A stretch of 64,000 nucleotides of DNA from an uncultured Christensenellaceae bacterium (lineage in GTDB: Bacteria > Bacillota > Clostridia > Christensenellales > UBA3700), in assembly GCA_944381365.1 (NCBI GenBank), contig CALWKW010000002.1, positions 385,952 through 449,951 of the forward strand, written 5' to 3'. A model generated the notes under the pieces. That model did no database searches and had not been told where the DNA came from. It worked only from the letters and a program-made list of their open reading frames with translations. The position numbers and the translations under genes were made by a program. Of this stretch, positions 42,857 through 52,380 are shown in pieces. Position 1 is the stretch's first letter, and every line of letters begins with the position of its first letter.

Positions 42857-44636
42857 TTTGCTCCTCCTTTGTCACATTCCATTCTACTGAAGTGATATAA
42901 TCTTTCCACATCTTTGAATAAACGCCGCCCTCTTTAACTAAATCTTTGTGTGTACCGCTTTCAACGACTTTGCCTTCAGAAAGCACAAATATATTATCGA
43001 CATCGACAATTGTGGATAATCTGTGGGCAATCATAAGCACAGTTTTCCCTTTTGTCAAAAACTTGAGAGCGTGTTGTACCATATGCTCGTTTTCAGGATC
43101 GGCAAAGGCAGTAGCTTCATCCAGAACCACTATAGGAGCATTTTTTAATATCGCTCTTGCGATAGCTATTCTCTGGCACTCGCCTCCGGATAAATATACA
43201 CCGTTTTTTCCTATAACCGTATCCATTCCCTCCGGTAATTTTGCAAGAATATCATCGCATTGAGCATAGTGCAAGGCATCTCGCACCTCTTCCCTCGATG
43301 CTTTGGGATTTGCAAGTCGTACATTTTCCAAAATCGATGTTTTTAACAATTTGCTATCTTGAAATACATATGATACATAATCGGAAAGTTCGATTTTGCT
43401 TATATCCTTAACATTTACTCCGCCTATAAGTATTTCGCCGCTCTTAACGTCCCAAAATCTAGACACTAAACCTGCCAACGTTGTTTTTCCGCTGCCGCTT
43501 TCTCCTACCAATGCTACTTTCTGTCCCGCCTCTATCGATATGTCGATACCGTCCAAAGCATTAATATCTGAATCGGGATATGAAAAGCTTACGTTTTTGA
43601 TTTCTATACTGTTATTCACAGGCTTTACGCTTTTATCCGGCTCGACCAATTGATTTACATTCATAATACGATCTATCCTATTTAGCGCATCCTTTACTAT
43701 CATATTGTTTTCGCTCATATACATGATTCTGGTGATAGTAAGTACCAAAAGAGGCGAAAATATTATATAAAATACCAAGTCAGTAATAAATGATTTATCA
43801 GCAGGGGCTCTGCCTACAATAAGCAAACTTACAGCAATCAAAAATACAAAAACTGAATCAATCAGCAATGTAAAAAACATCATAGGCTGTCGCAATTGTT
43901 TGGTATATTCAACCACCCACTTATGATAGCTGTCAATACTCGCTTTGAATTTTGCAAAAGAAAACACTGTCTGTCCGAAAGTCTTTACGACAGGTACGCC
44001 TCTTATATACTCTACTGCTTCGTTGTTCATATCCATAAGGGCATCGTTGTATTGTTTCATTTTTTCCTGCATTCTCTTGCCTGTCATTTTGGACATAATC
44101 AAAAAAGCACAAATTACCGGAGCAAGACAAGCAAGCCCGAGTCTCCAATCAAATACGAATAATAATACTATTATTGCCAAAGGAGTAACAATAGCCCCTA
44201 TCAAATCGGGAAGATTGTGTGCTAAGTATGTTTCTGTTGCAGAACTCGATTCGCTGATAGTTTTTCTAATCTTTCCGCTACCTATCAAATCAAATGCTCC
44301 TACAGGCAACTTTACCACATGTTCCAAAGTGCTTTTTCTTATGTTTGCCGCTACCCTGAAAGCCGATATATGCGAACACATCAATGAACCGACATAAACT
44401 ATAATTGAAAGAACGGCAAACAATACAGCCATCCAGCCGTAATAGGCTATATTGCTAGCTTTATCGAATTCAGGGGCGACAGCCAACACATCTCTTATCA
44501 TATACCAAATATATACGAAAGGCATAAGAGCAAGTACCGCACTAATTGCTGAAAGAATAAGCGAGGTATATGTTAGATATTTACGATTGCCCGCATATTC
44601 CATTAAACGTCCCAAAGGTTTATCTTTTTTTTGCAT
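42849..44636 (-). CDS. ABC exporter-fold half transporter (TMD-NBD)
   Basis: I place the start at MQKKDKPLG (AAGGAGG RBS, ATG at 44636). Motifs GESGSGKTT, LSGGECQR and VVLDEATAFAD. Confidence 0.9.
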   Translation of the reverse strand: MQKKDKPLGRLMEYAGNRKYLTYTSLILSAISAVLALMPFVYIWYMIRDVLAVAPEFDKASNIAYYGWMAVLFAVLSIIVYVGSLMCSHISAFRVAANIRKSTLEHVVKLPVGAFDLIGSGKIRKTISESSSATETYLAHNLPDLIGAIVTPLAIIVLLFVFDWRLGLACLAPVICAFLIMSKMTGKRMQEKMKQYNDALMDMNNEAVEYIRGVPVVKTFGQTVFSFAKFKASIDSYHKWVVEYTKQLRQPMMFFTLLIDSVFVFLIAVSLLIVGRAPADKSFITDLVFYIIFSPLLVLTITRIMYMSENNMIVKDALNRIDRIMNVNQLVEPDKSVKPVNNSIEIKNVSFSYPDSDINALDGIDISIEAGQKVALVGESGSGKTTLAGLVSRFWDVKSGEILIGGVNVKDISKIELSDYVSYVFQDSKLLKTSILENVRLANPKASREEVRDALHYAQCDDILAKLPEGMDTVIGKNGVYLSGGECQRIAIARAILKNAPIVVLDEATAFADPENEHMVQHALKFLTKGKTVLMIAHRLSTIVDVDNIFVLSEGKVVESGTHKDLVKEGGVYSKMWKDYITSVEWNVTKEEQNG

Positions 44637-44693
44637 TCTTTTTACCTCCTTGATTTTATTATACAAAGAGATATTCAAAAACAAAAATTTTAA

Positions 44694-45683
44694 TTATACC
44701 CTAACGGGCGAAATAATATCCCAATCAGACAAATTTGCATTTTTTCTATATTGTCTTGGCGTTATTTTATAAAAATTAACAAATGCTTTAGAAAATTTAC
44801 TTTCACTCAAATACCCCACATCTTTAGCGATTTGAGATATCTTATCGTTTGTTTTAACCAATTTAGCTCCCGCAACTTGCATACGACAAATATTAATATA
44901 TTTATGAATAGAACAACCATATAATATTTTAAATTGAGTTTTCAAAGAAGATTGACTGATGCCAAATCGTTCTGACAGCTTTTTTATTGTTAAGTCATTA
45001 TCCAAATTATCCCAAAAATATAATTCGATTTTTTCAATTAGTTGTGCCGATTCTTTCGATAAAAAACTTCCCTTAGATATTTCATTATCAAAATCAATAG
45101 TATTCAAAAATAATAACAGTTCAAGTATTTTTATCTTAAAATAGCCCATTCTGTTATTGGGTTTGACAAGATAAAGTTCATCAAAAATATGCTCTATCCT
45201 TTCGTTTGCTCTTAATAAATACACTCCTCCCGCCTTCTTCGTATCATCAACTATTTTATTGATATTAATTTCCATAGTTTTCAATAAATCTTTGAATACG
45301 CTGTCTTTGGCCGTGTATATCATTATCGTAATTCCGTGATAGTGCCTTATAGGCATTGCAGCCCTGCAAATTTCCCCATAATCCATATTATGGACACAAA
45401 TATCTCCTGCCCCTATATAAAAGTGTCTTCCGTCAAGAAAATCCGCTTCGAATCTTCCCTCTTTACAATGCTCGATAATTAATAATGAATCGCCTGTTGT
45501 TCCCTCTCCGAATGATTTCATATGCATATCATCAAAAAGTATCAATACATCATCAAACACTTCGTATTCCGTAATTATACCGCTTCCTGTATCGTTTTCC
45601 AAATAATACTTTTTGCAATCTTCAGACAACTCAATTTTTAATTTGTCTCCCTTTTTCAAACATTCTTGACGATAAACTTCCAT
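44694..45683 (-). CDS. AraC-family regulator with N-terminal cupin-like sensor domain
   Basis: C-terminal double HTH: LTIKKLSERFGISQSSLKTQFK...ISQIAKDVGYLSESKFSKAFVNFYKITPRQYRK. Confidence 0.9.
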   Translation of the reverse strand: MEVYRQECLKKGDKLKIELSEDCKKYYLENDTGSGIITEYEVFDDVLILFDDMHMKSFGEGTTGDSLLIIEHCKEGRFEADFLDGRHFYIGAGDICVHNMDYGEICRAAMPIRHYHGITIMIYTAKDSVFKDLLKTMEININKIVDDTKKAGGVYLLRANERIEHIFDELYLVKPNNRMGYFKIKILELLLFLNTIDFDNEISKGSFLSKESAQLIEKIELYFWDNLDNDLTIKKLSERFGISQSSLKTQFKILYGCSIHKYINICRMQVAGAKLVKTNDKISQIAKDVGYLSESKFSKAFVNFYKITPRQYRKNANLSDWDIISPVRV

Positions 45684-45709
45684 ATCTCCCTCGTTTTTAT
45701 AAAAGCAAA

Positions 45710-45725
45710 GTTAGAGAAAGCTAAC
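45710..45725. promoter_or_regulatory. GTTAG-class operator-like site at the AraC/ABC operon start site
   Basis: AAAGTTAGagaaagCTAACTTT (8 + 8 nt symmetric). It begins 8 nt downstream of the -10 box. Confidence 0.55.
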
Positions 45726-45733
45726 TTTTGTTT

Positions 45734-45762
45734 ATTATATTACTATTCATTTGTTTTGTCAA
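45734..45762 (-). promoter_or_regulatory. consensus promoter of the AraC/ABC operon
   Basis: On the minus strand: TTGACA, exactly 17 nt, TATAAT. Confidence 0.65.
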
Positions 45763-45827
45763 TATATAGACTATTACCATTTGCTTTATAAGCATATTCA
45801 TTTAATCTTGGCACCGTGACGTGTGCT

Positions 45828-45885
45828 TGTCATAGACAAGTGGCGTCGCTTCGCTCCGCCAAACAAGCACTCGTCTGAACAACTC
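45828..45885. other. GC-rich nested stem-loop of unknown function
   Basis: GACGTGTGCTTGT (45828-45840) pairs with ACAAGCACTCGTC (45873-45885) at 12 of 13 positions. It encloses a GGCG...CGCC hairpin. CTTGTC/GACAAG (45836-45850) offers a competing local pairing. Confidence 0.35.
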
Positions 45886-45961
45886 TTTGACTTGCTAAAA
45901 TGAAAGCGAGAGGCAATCTCTTATTTTACTCAATTTAAGAATATAAATTTTGGGCACTAAG

Positions 45962-45999
45962 AAAAAAAATACGAACCTAGAAACTAGGCTCGTATTTTT
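45962..45999. terminator. bidirectional terminator after the 46031-46798 gene
   Basis: TACGAACCTAG-aaa-CTAGGCTCGTA (10 of 11 paired), flanked by an A-run and a T-run. Confidence 0.65.
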
Positions 46000-46030
46000 G
46001 TTTGCTTATTTGAGTGGAAATAAAATGGTC

Positions 46031-46798
46031 TTAGTAGGATATGACAATATTGTTTTCTGTGATAAAATATGTGCCTATCAACACGACTAAAAATATAAGT
46101 GTCAATATGCCATTGATTGACCATGATTTTATGCAATCGGTTTTTGTCTTTTCTGCATCCTGACAAAGAAGACAGGTTTCGTCCTTGTCAAAAAAGGAAT
46201 CTACAATATTTATTAACGTCAATATTACAGCATAGATTGAGGTAGATATACTGAAAGACCATGTAAATGCCGATGTAAGATATGAAAGCACCATTGCTAT
46301 AATCCCAACAGAAGGTATTAAGATAAAAGCTTCTTTGGAACTTTGCAAATATATATTTTTGCTACCCACACAAAGAGCCCAAGCAAATATCCACATATCT
46401 ACCAATAAAAATACAATATGGGCGATACAAGCTATCATGGCTATGTTCTGCAATATTGTGTCGAACATGAGTAGTTGTAGATTGTATGGCGTAAAAAACA
46501 ATGCTACAATAGCAAACATACCCGAAAGCCAATACAATGTGGTCACCCTGATATTCTTTTTGCGAGTCAAAAAGCCTGTAAGCATGCCTAATGCCCAGCC
46601 AAGCACGCAAAATACTGCCACCAATACGGACACGCTCAGTTTTTTGCCTATTTCGCCGAGATTGCCGAGGTCAAATGCCGAATATATATTTTCATTGATA
46701 TAATATCTGAATTCGGCGACATAAGTAAAAGCCAAAAGTATAAGAACAAAAAATGAAATATGCTTTGCAGATTTGATTTTTTTCATAACATTATTCAT
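46031..46798 (-). CDS. polytopic membrane protein, unknown function
   Basis: 255-aa ORF with about seven hydrophobic helices. It is the last gene of the phosphoesterase/GH18 operon. Confidence 0.4.
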   Translation of the reverse strand: MNNVMKKIKSAKHISFFVLILLAFTYVAEFRYYINENIYSAFDLGNLGEIGKKLSVSVLVAVFCVLGWALGMLTGFLTRKKNIRVTTLYWLSGMFAIVALFFTPYNLQLLMFDTILQNIAMIACIAHIVFLLVDMWIFAWALCVGSKNIYLQSSKEAFILIPSVGIIAMVLSYLTSAFTWSFSISTSIYAVILTLINIVDSFFDKDETCLLCQDAEKTKTDCIKSWSINGILTLIFLVVLIGTYFITENNIVISY

Positions 46799-46800
46799 AG

Positions 46801-48195
46801 TTACACCTCCTTGCTGAAGGCATCTCTTGCCCTGCCGAGTTCCGCCGTCAAAGACAAGGGATTGGATAAAGGCAAATCTTCATTCTGACTGAAAACCATT
46901 ATTCCGCCCAAGCCTCTCAAAATGCAATATACGGCTTTGTCTCTCACAGTTGTGACGGTGTTGAAATATATATCGTTTATAATCATAATATATTCATTCT
47001 TTTCATAGTCAGGATTATTATAATCCACCCATACTCCGCTTGCGTCAGAAGGTCTGCCATAATATGAAATACCGAGATTGAGCTGCTCGAGCTTGAAACC
47101 TTGTTTTAGCATATAATCGACAGAAGTGGCACATGCTCCTGCATAAGAATTGTTGTCGCCGTTGTGGTCAAAAAGGTCATACGCCATTATATGCACCTGA
47201 TCAATCGCAGCTACTGCTTCTTTGGAAAAATCAAGTCCCCAAGGAGATAATGCCAACGCAAGAGTTTTGTCTTTTTGGTGCAATTTATTCGATAATTTTA
47301 CTATAAACTCGCTGAATAATGAATATTCTTCTTTACCGTACGGATATTCCCAGTCAAAGTCCACGCCTTCGACATCTGCGTCAATTATTGTCTTGACTAC
47401 TGATTCGACAGCTTTGTCCATATTGTTTTTGAGCATATCTGCCATACTTCCGTCAGAAGGAGTGAAAATCGTAAGAGTAATATTGACATCTCTGTCTCCT
47501 ATGATATACTTAAGATTTTCAAGTCCTCTTTTGGCACTCTCATCGATTGTTACATTTCCGTTGACAGAAAGTCTGCCGTAAGCGATAAGCTGCACATCGG
47601 TAATCACATCAAAAGCTTTCACATCGAGATTTGCTCCCTCTCCGGTCTCAGGATTATATTCGGAGACAGAACCAACCGTAACATAGGAAGTGATACGGAA
47701 TTTTTCTTCTCTTTCTCTTTGATTGAGACAATACATTTTTATATCAGAAATACGAGCAATATTTTTAAAATCGTCAATTACGATTTTTATGGCTTTTGCT
47801 TTTACGGTATAAAAAGTCGCCAATCTGTTTATGCCTATTTCATTTTGTCTATAACAAAGTTTCCAGTTTTCTCCATCGTTGTAATATACAGAAAACTGTC
47901 TGACATTATATCCGTTTTCATTGATTAATAAAGCATTGATATTTTTGAATTCATCAAACTCAACGACCGCTTGCATGCCTTTTTTATTGACCGACCATAC
48001 CGTAAGCATATTGTCGTCAAAAGCGAGTTTGCTTCCCGTATCACCGCTTATGCTTGCCGTTGATGCAAGATTTGTCTCGGTAATATTGAGATTATTGTCT
48101 TTGTTGAGAGCAACGCCATAAAAAACAAGCAAGGTGGCGAGTATCACAACAATTAATATTATCGGCAATATCTTGATTAATAGTTTTGATTTCAT
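46801..48195 (-). CDS. membrane-anchored GH18-family (chitinase-like) protein with N-terminal discoidin-like domain
   Basis: N-terminal TM helix. F5/8-type-C-like segment (FDDNMLTVWS...ISDIKMY). GH18 catalytic motif DADVEGVDFDWEYP. Confidence 0.7.
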   Translation of the reverse strand: MKSKLLIKILPIILIVVILATLLVFYGVALNKDNNLNITETNLASTASISGDTGSKLAFDDNMLTVWSVNKKGMQAVVEFDEFKNINALLINENGYNVRQFSVYYNDGENWKLCYRQNEIGINRLATFYTVKAKAIKIVIDDFKNIARISDIKMYCLNQREREEKFRITSYVTVGSVSEYNPETGEGANLDVKAFDVITDVQLIAYGRLSVNGNVTIDESAKRGLENLKYIIGDRDVNITLTIFTPSDGSMADMLKNNMDKAVESVVKTIIDADVEGVDFDWEYPYGKEEYSLFSEFIVKLSNKLHQKDKTLALALSPWGLDFSKEAVAAIDQVHIMAYDLFDHNGDNNSYAGACATSVDYMLKQGFKLEQLNLGISYYGRPSDASGVWVDYNNPDYEKNEYIMIINDIYFNTVTTVRDKAVYCILRGLGGIMVFSQNEDLPLSNPLSLTAELGRARDAFSKEV

Positions 48196-48212
48196 AATCC
48201 CCCCTTGTGATA

Positions 48213-49544
48213 TCAGATTGTAATTTTAAAAGTTTGTTTTTGGCTTTCGTTGCCAAAAGATTCCATCGCCCAAATCTCAATCGTATAAGTTCCCTTTGGC
48301 AAGTCGGAAGGGATAGCAAATTTTATTTGAGGATTATTGCTGCCTTGGAAGAAATCACTATAATATTTGAGAGTGTCCACCTGAGCATTGTTTCTTTCAA
48401 ACATCACAGCTTTTCCGTCTTTCAAGAATCTCATTCTGTATTCAGTCACCAAACCTTCGCATTTAGCGGCAGAAACATTTATACATTTTTGTCCGTCACA
48501 ATCTATTACTTCCCCATTGAAATTTTCAAAATAGGGATTACCTGCCTTAATCTTTCTGTCCATTGTATATGGTGCTGTATTTTTATCATAAGGGAATGTC
48601 AACACATAAGGATTTCCAGGATTGTATTCCTTGCCATCGTTTACAGAAATTCTTTCTATTTTTACGGTATTGCCTTCTATTGTCATATACAAAAGCATAG
48701 GATTGGATTCTATATCTGCCGTAACGGATATAGGCTCATAACCCCCGTCAAAATCCGTATAAGACAAACTTTGTGTGCCGATAGAGGTATAATCTGTCTG
48801 CATAATATTTGTTTCGTCAAGCATGGAATAGTGCAAATGTCCTGATATGGATACAATGTTTGGATAATTTTTGAAAAGCTCGTTGAGTTCTGAGTTGCCC
48901 CAATCTTTACTGCCTCTTATAGTATCTGAAGGAGTCTGATGAGTGATTACAAAAATAGGCTTTTGAGGATCACGCTCTACGGCTTCGTCCAAAACCTTGC
49001 GTGCAAGCTCTATATTATAATCGCCTTCCATAGAGCCGTCATCGGGGCTGAATGCAAAGAAAGTATAACCGTTTATGACTTTTACATTAATATAATCGTC
49101 TCCAAAGATATTTTCCAGCCTTCCACGCATTTTTGACTTAAAAGGAATTTCCCAGCAATCAAAGAAATTCGCAAGCCAATAATCGTGGTTTCCCATTACA
49201 GCAAGGCTTATGGGCTTGTTGTCGCCATACACACTATCATATACGCTTATGAACCTATCGGCCGCTTTTTGCGTACCCAAATCTGAATAGTCGCCGCCGA
49301 ATATAAGCACATCCGTGTTGCGATTTTTAAGATATGAGAGAGCTTTTTCAAGATTCTCTGCATATTTATCATAATTTGCCGTAAGTTGGGTATCCGATAT
49401 TATGCCTACTTTTATTGCTTCTTTATCAAGATCAATATATTTTGTGTTTACTTTGTCAGAACAGCCTGCAAAACCTATCAATGAAAATGTCATAATACCC
49501 ACCAATAAAATACTGATTAAAATTTTAGCTGAATGTGTTTTCAT
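48213..49544 (-). CDS. calcineurin-like metallophosphoesterase lipoprotein
   Basis: Lipobox FAGC. Motifs VGIISDTQL, LIFGGDYSD, MGNHDYW, ITHQ and SGHLHY. A beta-rich C-terminal domain follows. Confidence 0.7.
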   Translation of the reverse strand: MKTHSAKILISILLVGIMTFSLIGFAGCSDKVNTKYIDLDKEAIKVGIISDTQLTANYDKYAENLEKALSYLKNRNTDVLIFGGDYSDLGTQKAADRFISVYDSVYGDNKPISLAVMGNHDYWLANFFDCWEIPFKSKMRGRLENIFGDDYINVKVINGYTFFAFSPDDGSMEGDYNIELARKVLDEAVERDPQKPIFVITHQTPSDTIRGSKDWGNSELNELFKNYPNIVSISGHLHYSMLDETNIMQTDYTSIGTQSLSYTDFDGGYEPISVTADIESNPMLLYMTIEGNTVKIERISVNDGKEYNPGNPYVLTFPYDKNTAPYTMDRKIKAGNPYFENFNGEVIDCDGQKCINVSAAKCEGLVTEYRMRFLKDGKAVMFERNNAQVDTLKYYSDFFQGSNNPQIKFAIPSDLPKGTYTIEIWAMESFGNESQKQTFKITI

Positions 49545-49735
49545 AAAATCCCCCTATTATATCTACATTTGATAATAAAATTTTCTTATTGTCAAAAACA
49601 AAATAAAATTTTGAAATGACAAATTTTATACTTTCTACTCTATAATTTTAACATTGATTTTTTTATAAATAAATAGAGAAAACCATAATGGATGTTAAGA
49701 AAATAATACTAAGAGACAAATTTTCAGCAAAAAAA

Positions 49736-49758
49736 TATGCTTGTACAAGACAAGCATA
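49736..49758 (-). terminator. terminator of the small membrane protein gene
   Basis: TATGCTTGT-acaag-ACAAGCATA followed by a run of 7 T on the minus strand. Confidence 0.65.
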
Positions 49759-49812
49759 CAAAATATTTTATCGATATTATTTACTATAATTGTTTTATAT
49801 TTCTAAATAAAA

Positions 49813-50064
49813 TTAAGGCTGCGAAATATCGCTTACATCGAAAAAATTATATGAGTATGAATAGTCCTCATTCTCTTCTTCATCAATCTTGGAGACATTC
49901 TCTTGATTAAAAGAAGAGTTTTCATTGGGATTAATGTTTTTTATCACAATTACCGCAATACAACCAAGAACGATACTACCTATTATAATTACAGCCATAA
50001 TCGTGCATAGAATTTTTCTCCAATTCCCGTATTCTTCCAATCTCTCAACAAATTTCTGCGACAT
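49813..50064 (-). CDS. small single-pass membrane protein with acidic tail
   Basis: 83-aa ORF with one clear TM helix (ILCTIMAVIIIGSIVLGCIAVIVI). Confidence 0.35.
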   Translation of the reverse strand: MSQKFVERLEEYGNWRKILCTIMAVIIIGSIVLGCIAVIVIKNINPNENSSFNQENVSKIDEEENEDYSYSYNFFDVSDISQP

Positions 50065-50227
50065 AACTATCCCCCTTGCAGTTCAAATAAAAACTTTTTG
50101 AATACTTTCTATATATAAAACAATTTAGATAAGCAAATTGTTTCAAAATTTTTATATTTTTATCAAATATATAATAATCAAAATAAATTAATGTTTTATT
50201 TAACTAAGGAGTACTTGTAAATTAAAA

Positions 50228-50249
50228 AAGCACCTCATTTGAGGTGCTT
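50228..50249. terminator. bidirectional terminator
   Basis: AAGCACCTC-attt-GAGGTGCTT, flanked by an A-run and a T-run. Confidence 0.7.
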
Positions 50250-50270
50250 TTTGTTTGACTTTAAATATAA

Positions 50271-51629
50271 TTAAGCCTTTCTTCCGTATCTCAACTCTTT
50301 GAACATTTCGATATTGTTTTCTACTTTGTCTGTAGGTTGTACAGCATAAGAGCTTATTTCCTGCTTTTCGTCATAAGACAACAATTCGCAAGTATGAGCA
50401 AACAACTTAGCCCAGCTGGGAATAGGGAATGCTTTAGTGGTGAAACCAACTGCTTCAGCACCATTTATTGTAGGTGTCTGAACTACTGACTTATTTGTAG
50501 CCAAGATAATAATACCTGCATGAACATACTTGTTTCCGTCACTACCTGTCTTGAGGTAAGCAGCAAATTTAGAATCGGTGATTTGCTTTTGAACATTGCT
50601 ATTTACGAGATCAGCAAGAGCTTCATTGGGGGGCATAAGTGTAATGCCGTCTGTGGACTTCCAGTTGTAGATATCGAGGAAACCTTCGATATTGAGAGTC
50701 TGTTGACACTCGGGCTTATTCTTGTTGCCGCCGCCGTCACCGTTGTATCCATAGAACAAGAAACCGCAAACGATAGATGTGGACAATACATTGTTCTTAA
50801 GTGTTACGGTAGAGCCCTTACGATGGTCAGTACCGGAAGCAATCAAAGCATCTGAGCTGTTGCGGAGAATACAGCCTTCGATAGTGACATTTGCACCATA
50901 CAAGCTGATGAGCTTGTGGCCGTTTTCCAAAATACAGTTCTTTATGTAAGAAGGGAGATAATCGCCGCTTTCACCTACTTTGTCACTTACGATAGAGATA
51001 AGAGCACCTCTAGCAGCAAAGTCTTCGAGAATAACTTCATCGCCTTCATTCTTCTTTACGCCGATAATACGCAAATCCTGAATCCAAGCACTCATATCGG
51101 GACCTTCTGCTACGAACACATCAGCACCGCCTTTTACAGAAGTCTTTGTAGAATCGATGACATGTCCGTTTCCGTAAACTTTTCCGTATGTCATAAATGA
51201 TTCTTTCTTTTCAGTAGCGATATCAGCCTGAATTACAACATTCTTTTTGTCTACATTGAGAGCTGTTCTGAGTTCGTCTTCAGTATAAACATTTTCGCCA
51301 TCAACTACGAAAAGATTTTTTTCTACGGTTGCACCATTCTGAGTGAATGTCAACTTACCTTCGCCAGCAGCATTGATAGTAGCTTTGCTACCGCTCAATG
51401 TGAGTTCATCGCCGTCATAAGCGAAATTGGTAGCTCCTTCAAATGCTGTCGCAAAATCAAAAGTATTGCTACCCTTTGTCTGTGTACCGATATAGAAATC
51501 GTTTTCCATATACACATCAAGATTTGTCATTATTATTTTGGTAGTAGTTTTCTTACAAGCTACAAGACCGATCATTGCAGTCGCAACTATACAAATGACC
51601 AATAATGCCAAGATAATTTTCTTCTTCAT
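50271..51629 (-). CDS. lipoprotein with probable right-handed beta-helix (pectin-lyase-fold) repeats
   Basis: I place the start at MKKKIILALL (GGAGG RBS). Lipobox LVAC. Repeated short N/G-rich beta-turn segments, for example NCILENGHKLISLYGANVTIEGCILRNSSDALIASG. Confidence 0.4.
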   Translation of the reverse strand: MKKKIILALLVICIVATAMIGLVACKKTTTKIIMTNLDVYMENDFYIGTQTKGSNTFDFATAFEGATNFAYDGDELTLSGSKATINAAGEGKLTFTQNGATVEKNLFVVDGENVYTEDELRTALNVDKKNVVIQADIATEKKESFMTYGKVYGNGHVIDSTKTSVKGGADVFVAEGPDMSAWIQDLRIIGVKKNEGDEVILEDFAARGALISIVSDKVGESGDYLPSYIKNCILENGHKLISLYGANVTIEGCILRNSSDALIASGTDHRKGSTVTLKNNVLSTSIVCGFLFYGYNGDGGGNKNKPECQQTLNIEGFLDIYNWKSTDGITLMPPNEALADLVNSNVQKQITDSKFAAYLKTGSDGNKYVHAGIIILATNKSVVQTPTINGAEAVGFTTKAFPIPSWAKLFAHTCELLSYDEKQEISSYAVQPTDKVENNIEMFKELRYGRKA

Positions 51630-51812
51630 AAATATCCTCCATAAAATTTTGACGATAATATAGAATACGCACATTCTATATTCATAAGAATAATTATATA
51701 TTATTTAATGCGTTTAATAAATATAAAATATAACATTTTTTTTGTAAATTTTCACATACATATTGCAAAATATCACAATGGCTTATCTAACACCGTATTT
51801 TTTATAATCAAT

Positions 51813-52371
51813 TCATATAAAATAAATCATTCCGCACAACCCCGCAAGCAAAATAGTAGCTATCGGCGGCATGGATTTTTTCTTTATCAGCTTATATACA
51901 ATCATACAAGTACCCACAATAATAGCTATCGCGAGAGCATGGAAGTTGAATTGACCTTTTTCGTCAAAGTTGTTATAATTTGCATACAGACAATACACCA
52001 CAAGCAAAATACCTGTCGATATAATAAGTCCCCAGATTACAGGCATAATGCCCTCGAAAGCGGCTTTTACATATTTCATTTTTGCAAAGTTGTGAAATAC
52101 CATGGCAATAATCAAAATGATTATAAAAGCAGGCAAAACTATACCGATAGTAGCGACTAAACTTCCGAAGAAGCCGCCTTGAGCTTGGCCTACAAAAGTA
52201 GCACAATTTATGGCAATAGATAGGCCCAGGGGTAGATTCTGCGACAGCGATAATTTCATAAAGCTCTACTTCGTTTATCCATTTCTTTTTATGAACAAAC
52301 TCTCTTTCTATCAAAGCTATCATGGCATAACCGCCGCCAAAAGTAAACAATCCTATTTTGAAATAGCTCAA
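51813..52371 (-). pseudogene. chrA: chromate transporter (CHR family, short form) remnant with internal frameshift
   Basis: Two overlapping ORFs join to a 559-nt span. FGGGYAMIALIEREFVHKKKWI...AESTPGP is in one frame and SIAINCATFVGQ... in another. The shift lies at about 52218-52221. TTG-only start, no RBS. Confidence 0.65.
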
Positions 52372-52380
52372 AAATAAATT

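Noticed and set aside
45808-45818. A possible att-like direct repeat of the tRNA-Leu 3' end (CTTGGCACC versus CTTCGGCACC), which would delimit a tRNA-integrated island.
   Set aside because: Only about 9 of 10 nt match and one indel is needed. The flanks show no further identity, and there is no integrase. This is too short to distinguish from chance.
45800-45935. Short ORFs in and around the GC-rich stem-loop: a 12-aa MKARGNLLFYSI on the plus strand and a basic 22-aa TTG-initiated peptide on the minus strand.
   Set aside because: They have no RBS, are very short, and are not supported by any recognisable motif.
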